This document shows, piece after piece, positions 37,187-45,760 of a stretch of DNA of 64,000 bases. This DNA comes from Oscillospiraceae bacterium (GTDB lineage: Bacteria > Bacillota > Clostridia > Oscillospirales > Ruminococcaceae). The DNA is taken from positions 41,604-105,603 of the forward strand of contig JAGASN010000009.1 of NCBI GenBank assembly GCA_017847875.1, given 5' to 3'. The translations under genes were made by a program, and so were the position numbers. Under the pieces are notes generated by a model, which saw nothing but the letters and a program-made list of their open reading frames with translations, did no database searches and was not told the DNA's origin. How positions within the stretch are numbered: position 1 is the first letter of the stretch; every line of letters starts with the position of its first letter.

Positions 37187-37367
37187 TACCCGTGATTATA
37201 TGACTATGCTCAAAAAATTCACAAAAAGTTTACAATTTGCCGTCCCGTGCTCATCGTGAAAAAAATTGATGCTCAAAATACCGCAGACTTGCTTTAACTA
37301 ACTAAAATGTCAATAGGAAAAATGAAAAAAAACTTTGTTTTATTTAACTATTTTTCACCTATTTCAC

Positions 37368-37396
37368 TTTACAAATCAGGCCAATGACAGTATAAT
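37368..37396 (+). promoter_or_regulatory. sigma-A promoter of the eut operon
   Basis: TTTACA (37368-37373), a 17-nt spacer and TATAAT (37391-37396). An ~85-nt leader runs to the eutS ATG. Confidence 0.65.
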
Positions 37397-37481
37397 AATA
37401 CTTGTATAAGACCGAAGTGCGTCTATAGGTGTGCCCTTGGACAAAACTTCGAAAATTTTTGGAACAGGAGGAAGTATCAAA

Positions 37482-37841
37482 ATGTCTCAGAACACTGAAT
37501 ACTCTTTGCCGCCTCGCTCAATACAGGAGTATGTTCCCGGAAAGCAGGTCACTCTTGCCCACAGAATTTCCAAGCCGGACAGAATGATCTACAAAAAACT
37601 CGGTCTCACCGATGAGTTCACCGAGGCTATCGGCATCATCACCATCACACCCTCCGAAAGCGCAATCATCGCTGCGGATATCTGCACCAAAGCGGCAAGA
37701 ATCAAACTTGGCTTTGTTGACCGTTTTTCCGGCGCAGTTGTTTTCGTCGGTGAAATCGGTGCAGTCGATTCCGCTCTCAACGCGGTTGTTGAACGCTTCG
37801 AGGATATGAAATATTCCACGGTAAAAATCACCAGAAGCTGA
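37482..37841 (+). CDS. eutS: microcompartment shell protein EutS/PduU (circularly permuted BMC domain)
   Basis: [20 protein letters not shown]...[49 protein letters not shown] matches E. coli EutS closely. ATG 37482 after AGGAGGAAG is preferred over the track start 37431. Confidence 0.9.
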   Translation: MSQNTEYSLPPRSIQEYVPGKQVTLAHRISKPDRMIYKKLGLTDEFTEAIGIITITPSESAIIAADICTKAARIKLGFVDRFSGAVVFVGEIGAVDSALNAVVERFEDMKYSTVKITRS

Positions 37842-38305
37842 TGGCGGAAGAAAAGAAACCTCGCAAAATAATTCTGATGGGGCGTTCAAGGGTCGGCAAA
37901 ACCACGCTTCTTCAGGCAATGCATAACGAGGTTATTGAATATAAGAAAACTCAGGAGATAATCGTTCACGATGATGCAATCGATACTCCCGGGGAATATA
38001 TAGATCAGAGCGGACTCTGGCGCGCCTGCATAGTTGCGGCTTGCGATGCGGATATAGTCGTTCTTGTGCATGACGCGGGAAACACCATGGGAAGACTTCC
38101 GCAGATGTTCAGCATGACATTTGCGAAACCCACCATCGGCGTTGTTACGAAAGTTGACGGCGCGACCGAAGAGGATATTGAAATTGCGGAAAATTTCCTC
38201 AGAATGTCGGGAGCGAGCAAAATCGTAAGAACAAGCGCCTATGATAAAACCGGCATCAAGGAATTGATAGATCTTATTGAAAACCTTGACCTCAGCGATT
38301 ATTAA
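37841..38305 (+). CDS. eutP: EutP/PduV family GTPase
   Basis: P-loop GRSRVGKTTLLQAM, DTPGEY, VTKVD. TGATG overlap with the eutS stop. Confidence 0.88.
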   Translation: MAEEKKPRKIILMGRSRVGKTTLLQAMHNEVIEYKKTQEIIVHDDAIDTPGEYIDQSGLWRACIVAACDADIVVLVHDAGNTMGRLPQMFSMTFAKPTIGVVTKVDGATEEDIEIAENFLRMSGASKIVRTSAYDKTGIKELIDLIENLDLSDY

Positions 38306-38364
38306 AAACGGCAATTTGTGCTTAGCATTTTAGATAGAATGAAAAGTCAAAGGAGATAAGAAGT

Positions 38365-39804
38365 ATGAAAGAGAAAATACTCAGCGCAGGTATTGATATC
38401 GGTACTTCCACAACACAGGTAATTTTCAGCCGATTCACAATCGAAAACACTTCCGGCGAATACATGGTCCCGAGAATCGAGATCACCAACAAGGAAGTTG
38501 TTTACGAAAGCAAAATCTACACCACTCCTCTTATCGATGAAAGAACCATCGATGAAGACGCGGTACATAACATTATCGTAAGCGAATATGCGGCAGCAGG
38601 ACTCAGAGCCGAAGATATCGACACCGGCGCAGTAATCATCACCGGTGAAACCGCAAGAAAAGAGAACGCAAGAACCGTTCTTAACTTCATGTCCGGCATG
38701 GCAGGCGACTTCGTTGTTGCAACCGCAGGTAACGACCTTGAAGGCGTTATCGCAGGACGCGGCGCAGGTACTTCCGCAATGTCCATCAAACAGCATGTCG
38801 TAACCGCCAACTGCGATATCGGCGGCGGTACTTCCAACATCGCGGTATTCAAAGAAAACCGTCCGGTAGATACCGGATGCTTCGATATCGGCGGACGCCT
38901 TATCAAGCTTGATTCCACCGGCAAGATCCTTTACATTTCCGACCATCTCGGAAAACTTTGCGCAAAACACAACATCAACCTTAAAGTCGGTAATAAAATC
39001 GAATATAAGGAAATCTATAAAGCATGCGTGCTCATGGCACAGGTTCTTGCAACCACCCTCGGTTTCAAAACCTTCGACATGGATGACCTTGCAATCATGA
39101 CCACCGACCATCCGCTTCACGACCTTGAGGAAATCAAGTTCGTAACTTTCTCCGGCGGCGTCGGCAATCTCATCTATCATCCTTATGAAGGAAAAGATGA
39201 CTTCCCCTATAACGACATCGGCGTCGTTCTTGCAAGAGCCATCAACGAAGTATTTGCTCCGTTTATGGATAAAGTTGTTGAACCGGCAGAAACCATCCGT
39301 GCAACCGTTATCGGTGCAGGTACCCAGACAATGGAACTTTCCGGTTCCACCATCGCTTTCTCCCAGAACACCAAGCTTCCGATCAAAACCATTCCGGTAA
39401 TCAAGCTTGCTGAAGAAGCGGAACAGTTCAGCCCCAGCGATTTTGCAAAACATCTCGAGCCCATGCTCGAATGGTACAATGACCCCGACGAAGGTCAGGA
39501 ACTTGTTGCACTTTCTCTTAAAGGCGCCAACTGCCCGCTGTTCAAAGAGATTGAACGCTATGCAGACCTCATCATCGCAGGTATGCAGCCCATCATCAAA
39601 TCCCAGCATCCGCTTATCGTTGTTATCGAAGAGGATATGGGCAAGAGCCTTGGACAGAACCTTATGGTTAAACTTAACAGAAGTAAAGATATCATCTGCA
39701 TCGACTCTGTAAGAACCAACCAGGGCGACTACATCGACATCGGCGAACCGCTTATGCACGGAAGAATCCTTCCCGTTGTAGTAAAGACTCTTGTATTTAA
39801 TTAA
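38365..39804 (+). CDS. eutA: ethanolamine ammonia-lyase reactivating factor
   Basis: 479 aa. [46 protein letters not shown]. Collinear with E. coli EutA. Confidence 0.92.
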   Translation: MKEKILSAGIDIGTSTTQVIFSRFTIENTSGEYMVPRIEITNKEVVYESKIYTTPLIDERTIDEDAVHNIIVSEYAAAGLRAEDIDTGAVIITGETARKENARTVLNFMSGMAGDFVVATAGNDLEGVIAGRGAGTSAMSIKQHVVTANCDIGGGTSNIAVFKENRPVDTGCFDIGGRLIKLDSTGKILYISDHLGKLCAKHNINLKVGNKIEYKEIYKACVLMAQVLATTLGFKTFDMDDLAIMTTDHPLHDLEEIKFVTFSGGVGNLIYHPYEGKDDFPYNDIGVVLARAINEVFAPFMDKVVEPAETIRATVIGAGTQTMELSGSTIAFSQNTKLPIKTIPVIKLAEEAEQFSPSDFAKHLEPMLEWYNDPDEGQELVALSLKGANCPLFKEIERYADLIIAGMQPIIKSQHPLIVVIEEDMGKSLGQNLMVKLNRSKDIICIDSVRTNQGDYIDIGEPLMHGRILPVVVKTLVFN

Positions 39805-39915
39805 AGGAATAAATAAGATTTATATATTTTAATAAGGTTTGGGAAAGGGGGAAATCCCGCAAACAATAAATTTTCCACCACTAGGCATCCAAATTTTATA
39901 AAGGAGTGAGAATTT

Positions 39916-41283
39916 TTGATTCTGAAAGCAAAATTATTTGGACAGGTCTATGAGTTCAAAGACGTAAAAGACGTACTTGCTAAAGCAAACGAACTCAAAT
40001 CCGGTGACCAGCTCGCTGGTATCGCTGCAGAAACCATGCAGGAGCGCATTGCTGCAAAACAGTGCCTCGCAAACCTCACTATTAAGGACATCTACGAGAA
40101 CCCCGTAGCTCCTTACGAAGAGGACTCTGTAACCCGTATTATCCAGGACGGCATCAACTTCACCATTTATGAAGAGATCAAAAACTGGACTATCGCAAAA
40201 CTTCGTGAATTCATCCTTGATGACCACGTAACCGGCGATCAGATTAGACATATCTCTGCTGGCCTTTCTTCTGAGGTTGTTGCAGCTGTTACCAAACTTA
40301 TGTCTTCTCTCGACCTTATGATCGGTGCAAGAAAACTCCCCATCTACAGAACTTGTGTTACTACCTGCGGTGCACCTGACAGACTTTCTTTCCGTCTTCA
40401 GCCTAACCACACCACCGACGACGTAGATGGTATGAAAGTTTCCTACTGCGAAGGTTTCTCCTACTGCACCGGTGACGCACTCTTCGGTATGAACCCTGTT
40501 GACGACTCCCTCGGTGCTGTTGAAAGAACTATGAACAGCTATCAGGAATTCGTTGAAAGATGGGAAATTCCTACCCAGTCCTGCTGCCTCTGCCACGTAA
40601 CCACTGCTATGGAATGCATCAAAAACGGTGCTCGTGAAGCTCTCTGCTTCCAGTCCATCGCTGGTTCCCAGATCGCTAACGAAGCATTCGGTATCACCCC
40701 CGAAATGCTCGATGAAGCAGAAGACCTTATGCACCATTACGGCGTAGCTGATGGTCCCGACGTACTCTACTTTGAAACCGGTGAAGGCGCAGAGCTTTCT
40801 TCCGATGGTCACTGGGGTGCTGACGAACTTACCATGGAAGCTCGCTGCTATGGCTTTGCAAAGAGATATCATCCGTTCCTCAACGACTCCGTTGTAGGTT
40901 TCATCGGACCTGAATACCTTTACGATGCAAAACAGGTTGCTCGTGCAGGTATGGAAGATATGTTCATGGGTAAACTTTCCAACATTTCCATGGGCTGCGA
41001 CGCTTGCTACACCAACCACATGAAATGCGACCAGAACGACAACGAGAACCTCCAGATTCTCCTTGCTGCTGAAGGATGCAACTTCTTCATGGGCGTACCT
41101 TGCGCAGACGACTGCATGCTCATGTACCAGTCCACTGGTTACCATGACAACCACGCAACCCGCCAGGCTCTTGGCAAAAAACCTCTTGCTGAGTTCGAAA
41201 AATGGGCTCAGAAGATGGGCTTCCTCGAGGAAGACGGCCTCACCCTTGGCCCGAACGCCGGTGACGCTTCCGTACTTTTCTAA
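39916..41283 (+). CDS. eutB: ethanolamine ammonia-lyase large subunit
   Basis: 455 aa. ILKAKLFGQVYEFKDVKDVLAKANELKSGDQLAGIAA mirrors the E. coli EutB N-terminus. TTG start 9 nt after AAGGAG. Confidence 0.95.
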   Translation: MILKAKLFGQVYEFKDVKDVLAKANELKSGDQLAGIAAETMQERIAAKQCLANLTIKDIYENPVAPYEEDSVTRIIQDGINFTIYEEIKNWTIAKLREFILDDHVTGDQIRHISAGLSSEVVAAVTKLMSSLDLMIGARKLPIYRTCVTTCGAPDRLSFRLQPNHTTDDVDGMKVSYCEGFSYCTGDALFGMNPVDDSLGAVERTMNSYQEFVERWEIPTQSCCLCHVTTAMECIKNGAREALCFQSIAGSQIANEAFGITPEMLDEAEDLMHHYGVADGPDVLYFETGEGAELSSDGHWGADELTMEARCYGFAKRYHPFLNDSVVGFIGPEYLYDAKQVARAGMEDMFMGKLSNISMGCDACYTNHMKCDQNDNENLQILLAAEGCNFFMGVPCADDCMLMYQSTGYHDNHATRQALGKKPLAEFEKWAQKMGFLEEDGLTLGPNAGDASVLF

Positions 41284-41331
41284 TTTAAGAAAAAGTGCGT
41301 AAAATATATTTGACGGGAGGATATACAAATA

Positions 41332-42210
41332 ATGGTATCTGATGACAAACTTAAAGAGATTATCGCTCAGGTTGTCGGTGAAATGATGAAAGAAGCTCCC
41401 GCTGCAAAAGCTACCACCAAAGCTTGCTGCTGCGAAAATGTTTCTGATGACGATCTTGAAGATCTTACCGCTTATGAGCTTAACGAGTGGTACCAGGTTC
41501 CTAACGCAAAAGACGAAGCAGAGTACAGAAGACTTAAAATGGTTACCCCTGCACGTCTTGGTGTATGGCACTGCGGTCCTCGTGAAATGACCAACACCAT
41601 GCTCCGTTTCCGTGCTGACCACGCTGCAGCACAGGACGCAGTTTTCAATGAGTTCCCCAAAGCATTCCTCGAAGAACGTGGAATCCTCGAACTCCAGTCT
41701 CGTTGCGACAGCAAAGATACTTATCTTACCAGACCTGACCTTGGCAGAAGACTTTGCGAAGAATCTGCTAACACCCTTAAAGGCTTCTATAAAAAAGCTC
41801 CTCAGGTTGTTGTATTCGCAACTGACGGCCTTTCCGGCACTGCAATCGAAGCTAACTACGACATCGTTATCCCCGCAATCATGAACGGTCTTAAAGCACA
41901 CGGAATCGAAGCAGGCGAACCCTTCTTCGTAAGATATGGCCGTGTAGCTTGCCAGGACGAAGTTTCTGAAATAACCGGATGCGACGTTTGCGTATGCCTC
42001 GTTGGTGAAAGACCTGGTCTTGCAACCGCAAAATCCATGTCTGCATACATCACCTACAAAGGCACCATCGGCATGTCCGAAGCAAGACGTACCGTTGTTT
42101 CCAACATCCACAATGCTGGTACCCCTGCGGCTGAAGCTGGTGCACATATCGCTGATATCGTTGACATCATGCTCAAAGAAAAAGCTTCCGGTACTGACCT
42201 CAAGCTCTAA
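41332..42210 (+). CDS. eutC: ethanolamine ammonia-lyase small subunit with N-terminal encapsulation-peptide-like helix
   Basis: 292 aa. Core RADHAAAQDAV...LVGERPGL. N-terminus MVSDDKLKEIIAQVVGEMMKE followed by an Ala/Lys linker. Confidence 0.93.
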   Translation: MVSDDKLKEIIAQVVGEMMKEAPAAKATTKACCCENVSDDDLEDLTAYELNEWYQVPNAKDEAEYRRLKMVTPARLGVWHCGPREMTNTMLRFRADHAAAQDAVFNEFPKAFLEERGILELQSRCDSKDTYLTRPDLGRRLCEESANTLKGFYKKAPQVVVFATDGLSGTAIEANYDIVIPAIMNGLKAHGIEAGEPFFVRYGRVACQDEVSEITGCDVCVCLVGERPGLATAKSMSAYITYKGTIGMSEARRTVVSNIHNAGTPAAEAGAHIADIVDIMLKEKASGTDLKL

Positions 42211-42299
42211 TATTAACTTATTTTATAAATTATTAATTGCTTGATAATTGCGTTTAACGCAAATTTTATCTACCTTAAAATTTAAAGGAGGTACATATC

Positions 42300-42953
42300 G
42301 TGAAATACGATGAACTTAGAACTACTGTACTGATGATCAAGGTTATCCCGAGCGTAAGCCCTGACCTCCAGAAACAATGGAATATGCCCGAAGGCCACAG
42401 ATCTGTTGGCTTCTTCTCCACTGACTGCGATGATGTAGGTTACACTGCAGTTGACGAAGCAACCAAAAAGGCTGACGTTAAAGTCGTACTTGCAAAATCC
42501 ATGTACGGCGGCGCTGGCTGCGCACAGCAGAAATATGCTGGTGAATTCATCGGCATGCTCTCTGGCCCTAACCCTGCAGAAGTAAAAGCTGGTCTTGCTG
42601 CTGCATTCGATCTTATCAATGCTGACTGCACCTTCTATTCTGCAAACGAAGATGACACTGTTGCATACTATGCATACACCATCTCCAGAACTGGTTCTTA
42701 CCTTTCTGAATGCGGCGGCATTCCTGAAGGCACTCCTATCGCATACCTTATCGCTCCGCCTGTAGAAGCACAGTATGGTCTCGATGCTGCTCTTAAAGCT
42801 GCTGACGTAAGAATGTGCTGCTATTTCGAGCCTCCGTCTGAAACCAACTTCTCCGGTGGTTACCTCACTGGTACCCAGTCTGCTTGCAAAGCTGCTTGCG
42901 ATGCATTTGCAGATGCAGTTGTTTTCTGCGTAGAGAACGCTCTCAAATACTAA
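42300..42953 (+). CDS. eutL: microcompartment shell protein EutL (tandem-domain BMC-T)
   Basis: 217 aa, collinear with E. coli EutL (GPNPAEVKAGL, SRTGSYLSE, YLIAPPVEAQYGLDAALKAADV, PPSETNFSGGYLTGTQSACKAACDAF). GTG start after AAAGGAGG. Confidence 0.93.
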   Translation: MKYDELRTTVLMIKVIPSVSPDLQKQWNMPEGHRSVGFFSTDCDDVGYTAVDEATKKADVKVVLAKSMYGGAGCAQQKYAGEFIGMLSGPNPAEVKAGLAAAFDLINADCTFYSANEDDTVAYYAYTISRTGSYLSECGGIPEGTPIAYLIAPPVEAQYGLDAALKAADVRMCCYFEPPSETNFSGGYLTGTQSACKAACDAFADAVVFCVENALKY

Positions 42954-43025
42954 TTTAAACCTTTTGACGATTTAATTTAAGATACTCATTATATCTGAAA
43001 TTTAAACGACAGGAGGTGACGGATT

Positions 43026-43586
43026 ATGAGTACTGGCGCACTGGGAATGCTGGAAACTTATGGTCTGATCGCCGCTATCGAAGGACTCGATGCTGCTGTT
43101 AAAGCAGCAAACGTAACCCTCTGCGGATTCAAATACGTCCAGGGCGGACTTGTTTGCTTTTTTGTAACCGGCGATGTCGGTGCAACCAAAGCAGCAATTT
43201 CTGCCGGCGAAATTGCCGCAGACAGAGTTGGCAAGGTCATTTCTTCCCATGTAATCCCGAGGCCCGCAGGAAGTACTTCTATTATTGCTTCCTATAAGGA
43301 ACACCCCGCCGGTAGACGCCGCGGAACCGGTATTCACAAACGTGAATTCCCTGCTAATACTCCTGTGAAATCGGAACCGGCCGCAAAGCCCGAAGAACCG
43401 AAATCCGTCCCGGAAAGTACTACTGAAACTGTCGGTTATACCGAGGAAGCCCTCAGAGAGATGAAAACCACCGATCTGAGAAAGCTTGCCCGCGAAATTC
43501 CCGACATCGGTCTTACCAAGATCGAAATCAGAGACGCGAAAAAGGATCCGCTCGTAGAGGCGATTCTGAAAGCACAGAAAAAATAA
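43026..43586 (+). CDS. BMC-H shell protein fused to a Pro/Glu/Lys linker and a C-terminal Rho_N/SAP-like helix-extended-helix module
   Basis: Residues 1 to ~90 are a canonical BMC domain ([28 protein letters not shown]...[32 protein letters not shown]). A low-complexity linker follows, then YTEEALREMKTTDLRKLAREIPDIGLTKIEIRDAKKDPLVEAILKAQKK. Confidence 0.85.
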   Translation: MSTGALGMLETYGLIAAIEGLDAAVKAANVTLCGFKYVQGGLVCFFVTGDVGATKAAISAGEIAADRVGKVISSHVIPRPAGSTSIIASYKEHPAGRRRGTGIHKREFPANTPVKSEPAAKPEEPKSVPESTTETVGYTEEALREMKTTDLRKLAREIPDIGLTKIEIRDAKKDPLVEAILKAQKK

Positions 43587-43604
43587 CTAAAGGAGCAATA
43601 TAAT

Positions 43605-45047
43605 ATGCTGCAAGATAGAGATTTGCTTTCTGTGCAGGAAGCCCGCGACATGATTAAAAAAGCACGTATTGCTTTTGAAGCCGCAAAGCTTCTTAGTCAG
43701 GAGCAGATAGACAAAATTGTTAAAGCTATGTCTGAAGCTGCCTATGCTCATCGTGAAGACCTTGCCAAAATGGCAGTTGAAGAAACCAGCATGGGTAAAT
43801 ATGAAGACAAAATCATTAAGAACACTCTCGCTGCAAAAGCTGTATATGAAGCAATCAAAGACATGAAAACTGTCGGTATCGTTGCTGAATATCCTGAGAA
43901 GAAGATGTTCGAAGTCGCTGTACCTGTTGGTGTAGTCTGCGGTATCGTACCCTGCACCAACCCCACTTCTACCACTATCTACAAATCCATGATTTGTATG
44001 AAATCCGGTAACCCCGTTGTTTTCAGCCCCCATCCTTCTGCAAAGAACTGCATCGCAAAAACCTGCGAAATCCTTTGCGAAGCTGCTGAAAAAGCTGGCG
44101 CACCTAAGAATATGTTCCAGTGCCTTACCACTCTCAGCATGTCCGGAACCCACGAGCTCATGACCAACGCTGGCGTTAACATGATCCTCGCAACCGGCGG
44201 CCCCGAAATGGTAAAAGCTGCATATTCCTCCGGTGTTCCTGCACTCGGTGTAGGCGCTGGTAACGTTCCTGCATTCATCGATCACACTGCAGACGTAAAA
44301 CTTGCTGTTAAGAGAATCTTTGCTTCCAAAACTTTCGATAACGGCGTAATTTGCGCTTCTGAACAGTCCATCGTTGCAGAGAACTGCATCAAAGACCAGG
44401 TCCTTGAAGCTGTTAAAGCTGAAAAAGGCTACATCATGAACGACGAAGAATACGCAAAACTCTGCAAAATCTTCACCAGACGTCCCGGCAGCGTTAACCC
44501 CGCTATCGTTGGCCGTCCTGCAACCAAGATCGCTGCTATGGCTGGTCTTGATGTTCCTGCAGATACCAGAGTTCTTTGCTATTGCGAAAAAGGCGTCGGC
44601 GACGAATATCCTTTCTCCATCGAGAAACTTTCTCCTTGCCTTGCTCTTTATTTCGAAGAAGATTGGCAGGCATGCTGCGAACGCTGCATCCAGCTTCTTG
44701 AGTTTATCGGTATCGGTCACTCTCTTGCAATGCACACCAATGACGAAAACGTCATCCGTGAATTTGCACTCAAGAAACCCGTTTCCCGTATTCTCGTTAA
44801 CACTTCTTCCGCACAGGGCGGCGTAGGCGCAACCACCAACCTCATGCCCTCCCTTACTCTCGGATGCGGCGCTGTTGGCGGTTCTGCAACCAGCGATAAC
44901 GTTTCTCCTCTCAACCTCATCAACCTCCGCCGCGTCGCTTATGGCGTAAGAGAGGCATGGGATCTTGTAGAAGCACCCGCTGAAAAAGAAGAACTCGATG
45001 CAGAAGCCATTGCAAAAATGGTAATTGCTGCACTGAAAGAGCTTTAA
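43605..45047 (+). CDS. eutE: CoA-acylating acetaldehyde dehydrogenase
   Basis: 480 aa EutE/PduP-type aldehyde dehydrogenase with catalytic-Cys context FDNGVICASEQS. The C-terminal tail EKEELDAEAIAKMVIAALKEL is amphipathic. Confidence 0.92.
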   Translation: MLQDRDLLSVQEARDMIKKARIAFEAAKLLSQEQIDKIVKAMSEAAYAHREDLAKMAVEETSMGKYEDKIIKNTLAAKAVYEAIKDMKTVGIVAEYPEKKMFEVAVPVGVVCGIVPCTNPTSTTIYKSMICMKSGNPVVFSPHPSAKNCIAKTCEILCEAAEKAGAPKNMFQCLTTLSMSGTHELMTNAGVNMILATGGPEMVKAAYSSGVPALGVGAGNVPAFIDHTADVKLAVKRIFASKTFDNGVICASEQSIVAENCIKDQVLEAVKAEKGYIMNDEEYAKLCKIFTRRPGSVNPAIVGRPATKIAAMAGLDVPADTRVLCYCEKGVGDEYPFSIEKLSPCLALYFEEDWQACCERCIQLLEFIGIGHSLAMHTNDENVIREFALKKPVSRILVNTSSAQGGVGATTNLMPSLTLGCGAVGGSATSDNVSPLNLINLRRVAYGVREAWDLVEAPAEKEELDAEAIAKMVIAALKEL

Positions 45048-45115
45048 TTCTCTTTCATAACTATAATAGGTAGAACCAGGGGAATTGCCCCAATTTTTAA
45101 GGAGGTACTATCACA

Positions 45116-45400
45116 ATGACTGATAAACAAGCACTCGGTATGATCGAGACCAGAGGCCTTGTCGGCGCTATCGAAGCAGCCGATGCCATGGTTAAAGCTG
45201 CTAACGTCACCCTCATCGGCAAAGTACATGTCGGCGGCGGACTTGTAACCGTTTTCGTTCGCGGAGACGTTGGTGCAACCAAAGCTGCAACCGATGCAGG
45301 TGCTGCTGCTGCAGACCGCGTTGGCGAGCTTAAATCCGTTCACGTAATCCCGAGACCCCACGAGGAAGTTGAATACATTCTTCCTTCTCTCGAGAAATAA
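45116..45400 (+). CDS. eutM: BMC-H shell protein EutM/PduA type, copy 1
   Basis: 94 aa. [31 protein letters not shown]...[23 protein letters not shown]. Confidence 0.95.
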   Translation: MTDKQALGMIETRGLVGAIEAADAMVKAANVTLIGKVHVGGGLVTVFVRGDVGATKAATDAGAAAADRVGELKSVHVIPRPHEEVEYILPSLEK

Positions 45401-45428
45401 TTAATCACCTTTTAAGGAGGAAGACACG

Positions 45429-45710
45429 ATGGCTGAGAAATTAGCACTTGGCATGATCGAGACCAAAGGTCTTGTTGGAGCCATTGAGGCTGCCGATGCT
45501 ATGGTTAAAGCCGCAAATGTCACCCTCGTTGGCAGAGTAATCGTTGGTGGCGCCCTCGTAACCGTATTCGTACGTGGTGACGTCGGCGCTACCAAAGCTG
45601 CTGTTGACGCTGGTGCAGCTGCTGCAGACCGTGTTGGCGAGCTTATCTCCACTCATGTCATCCCGAGACCCCATGAAGAGGTCGAGTATGTCCTCCCGTC
45701 CATCGAATAA
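45429..45710 (+). CDS. eutM: BMC-H shell protein EutM/PduA type, copy 2 (tandem paralog)
   Basis: 93 aa and highly similar to copy 1 at the protein level, with many synonymous nucleotide differences. Confidence 0.95.
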   Translation: MAEKLALGMIETKGLVGAIEAADAMVKAANVTLVGRVIVGGALVTVFVRGDVGATKAAVDAGAAAADRVGELISTHVIPRPHEEVEYVLPSIE

Positions 45711-45760
45711 TTCTGAATATTGATTTGGAATTATAAGTATTATTAGATGGGGGTGATATT

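Noticed and set aside
37397-37481. A possible AdoCbl riboswitch or ANTAR-target dual hairpins in the eut leader.
   Set aside because: The leader is only ~85 nt, too short for a cobalamin riboswitch. I find no B12-box-like sequence and no pair of stem-loops with A..G.. hexaloops. This absence was judged by eye only and needs a covariance-model search.
39934-42147. A 737-codon open frame on the minus strand, antisense to eutB and eutC.
   Set aside because: It lies exactly opposite two confidently recognised genes and is in codon register with them. The translated sequence is low-complexity (rich in F, V, G, C, S) and resembles no family I know. The openness is explained by near-absence of sense codons TTA, CTA and TCA in these codon-optimised genes. 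The frame ends at the single TTA codon of eutB (39934-39936).
45116-45710. The tandem eutM paralogs as a recent duplication or assembly artefact.
   Set aside because: The two copies differ at many synonymous and some non-synonymous positions, and each has its own RBS. This is an old, maintained duplication, which is common in BMC loci.
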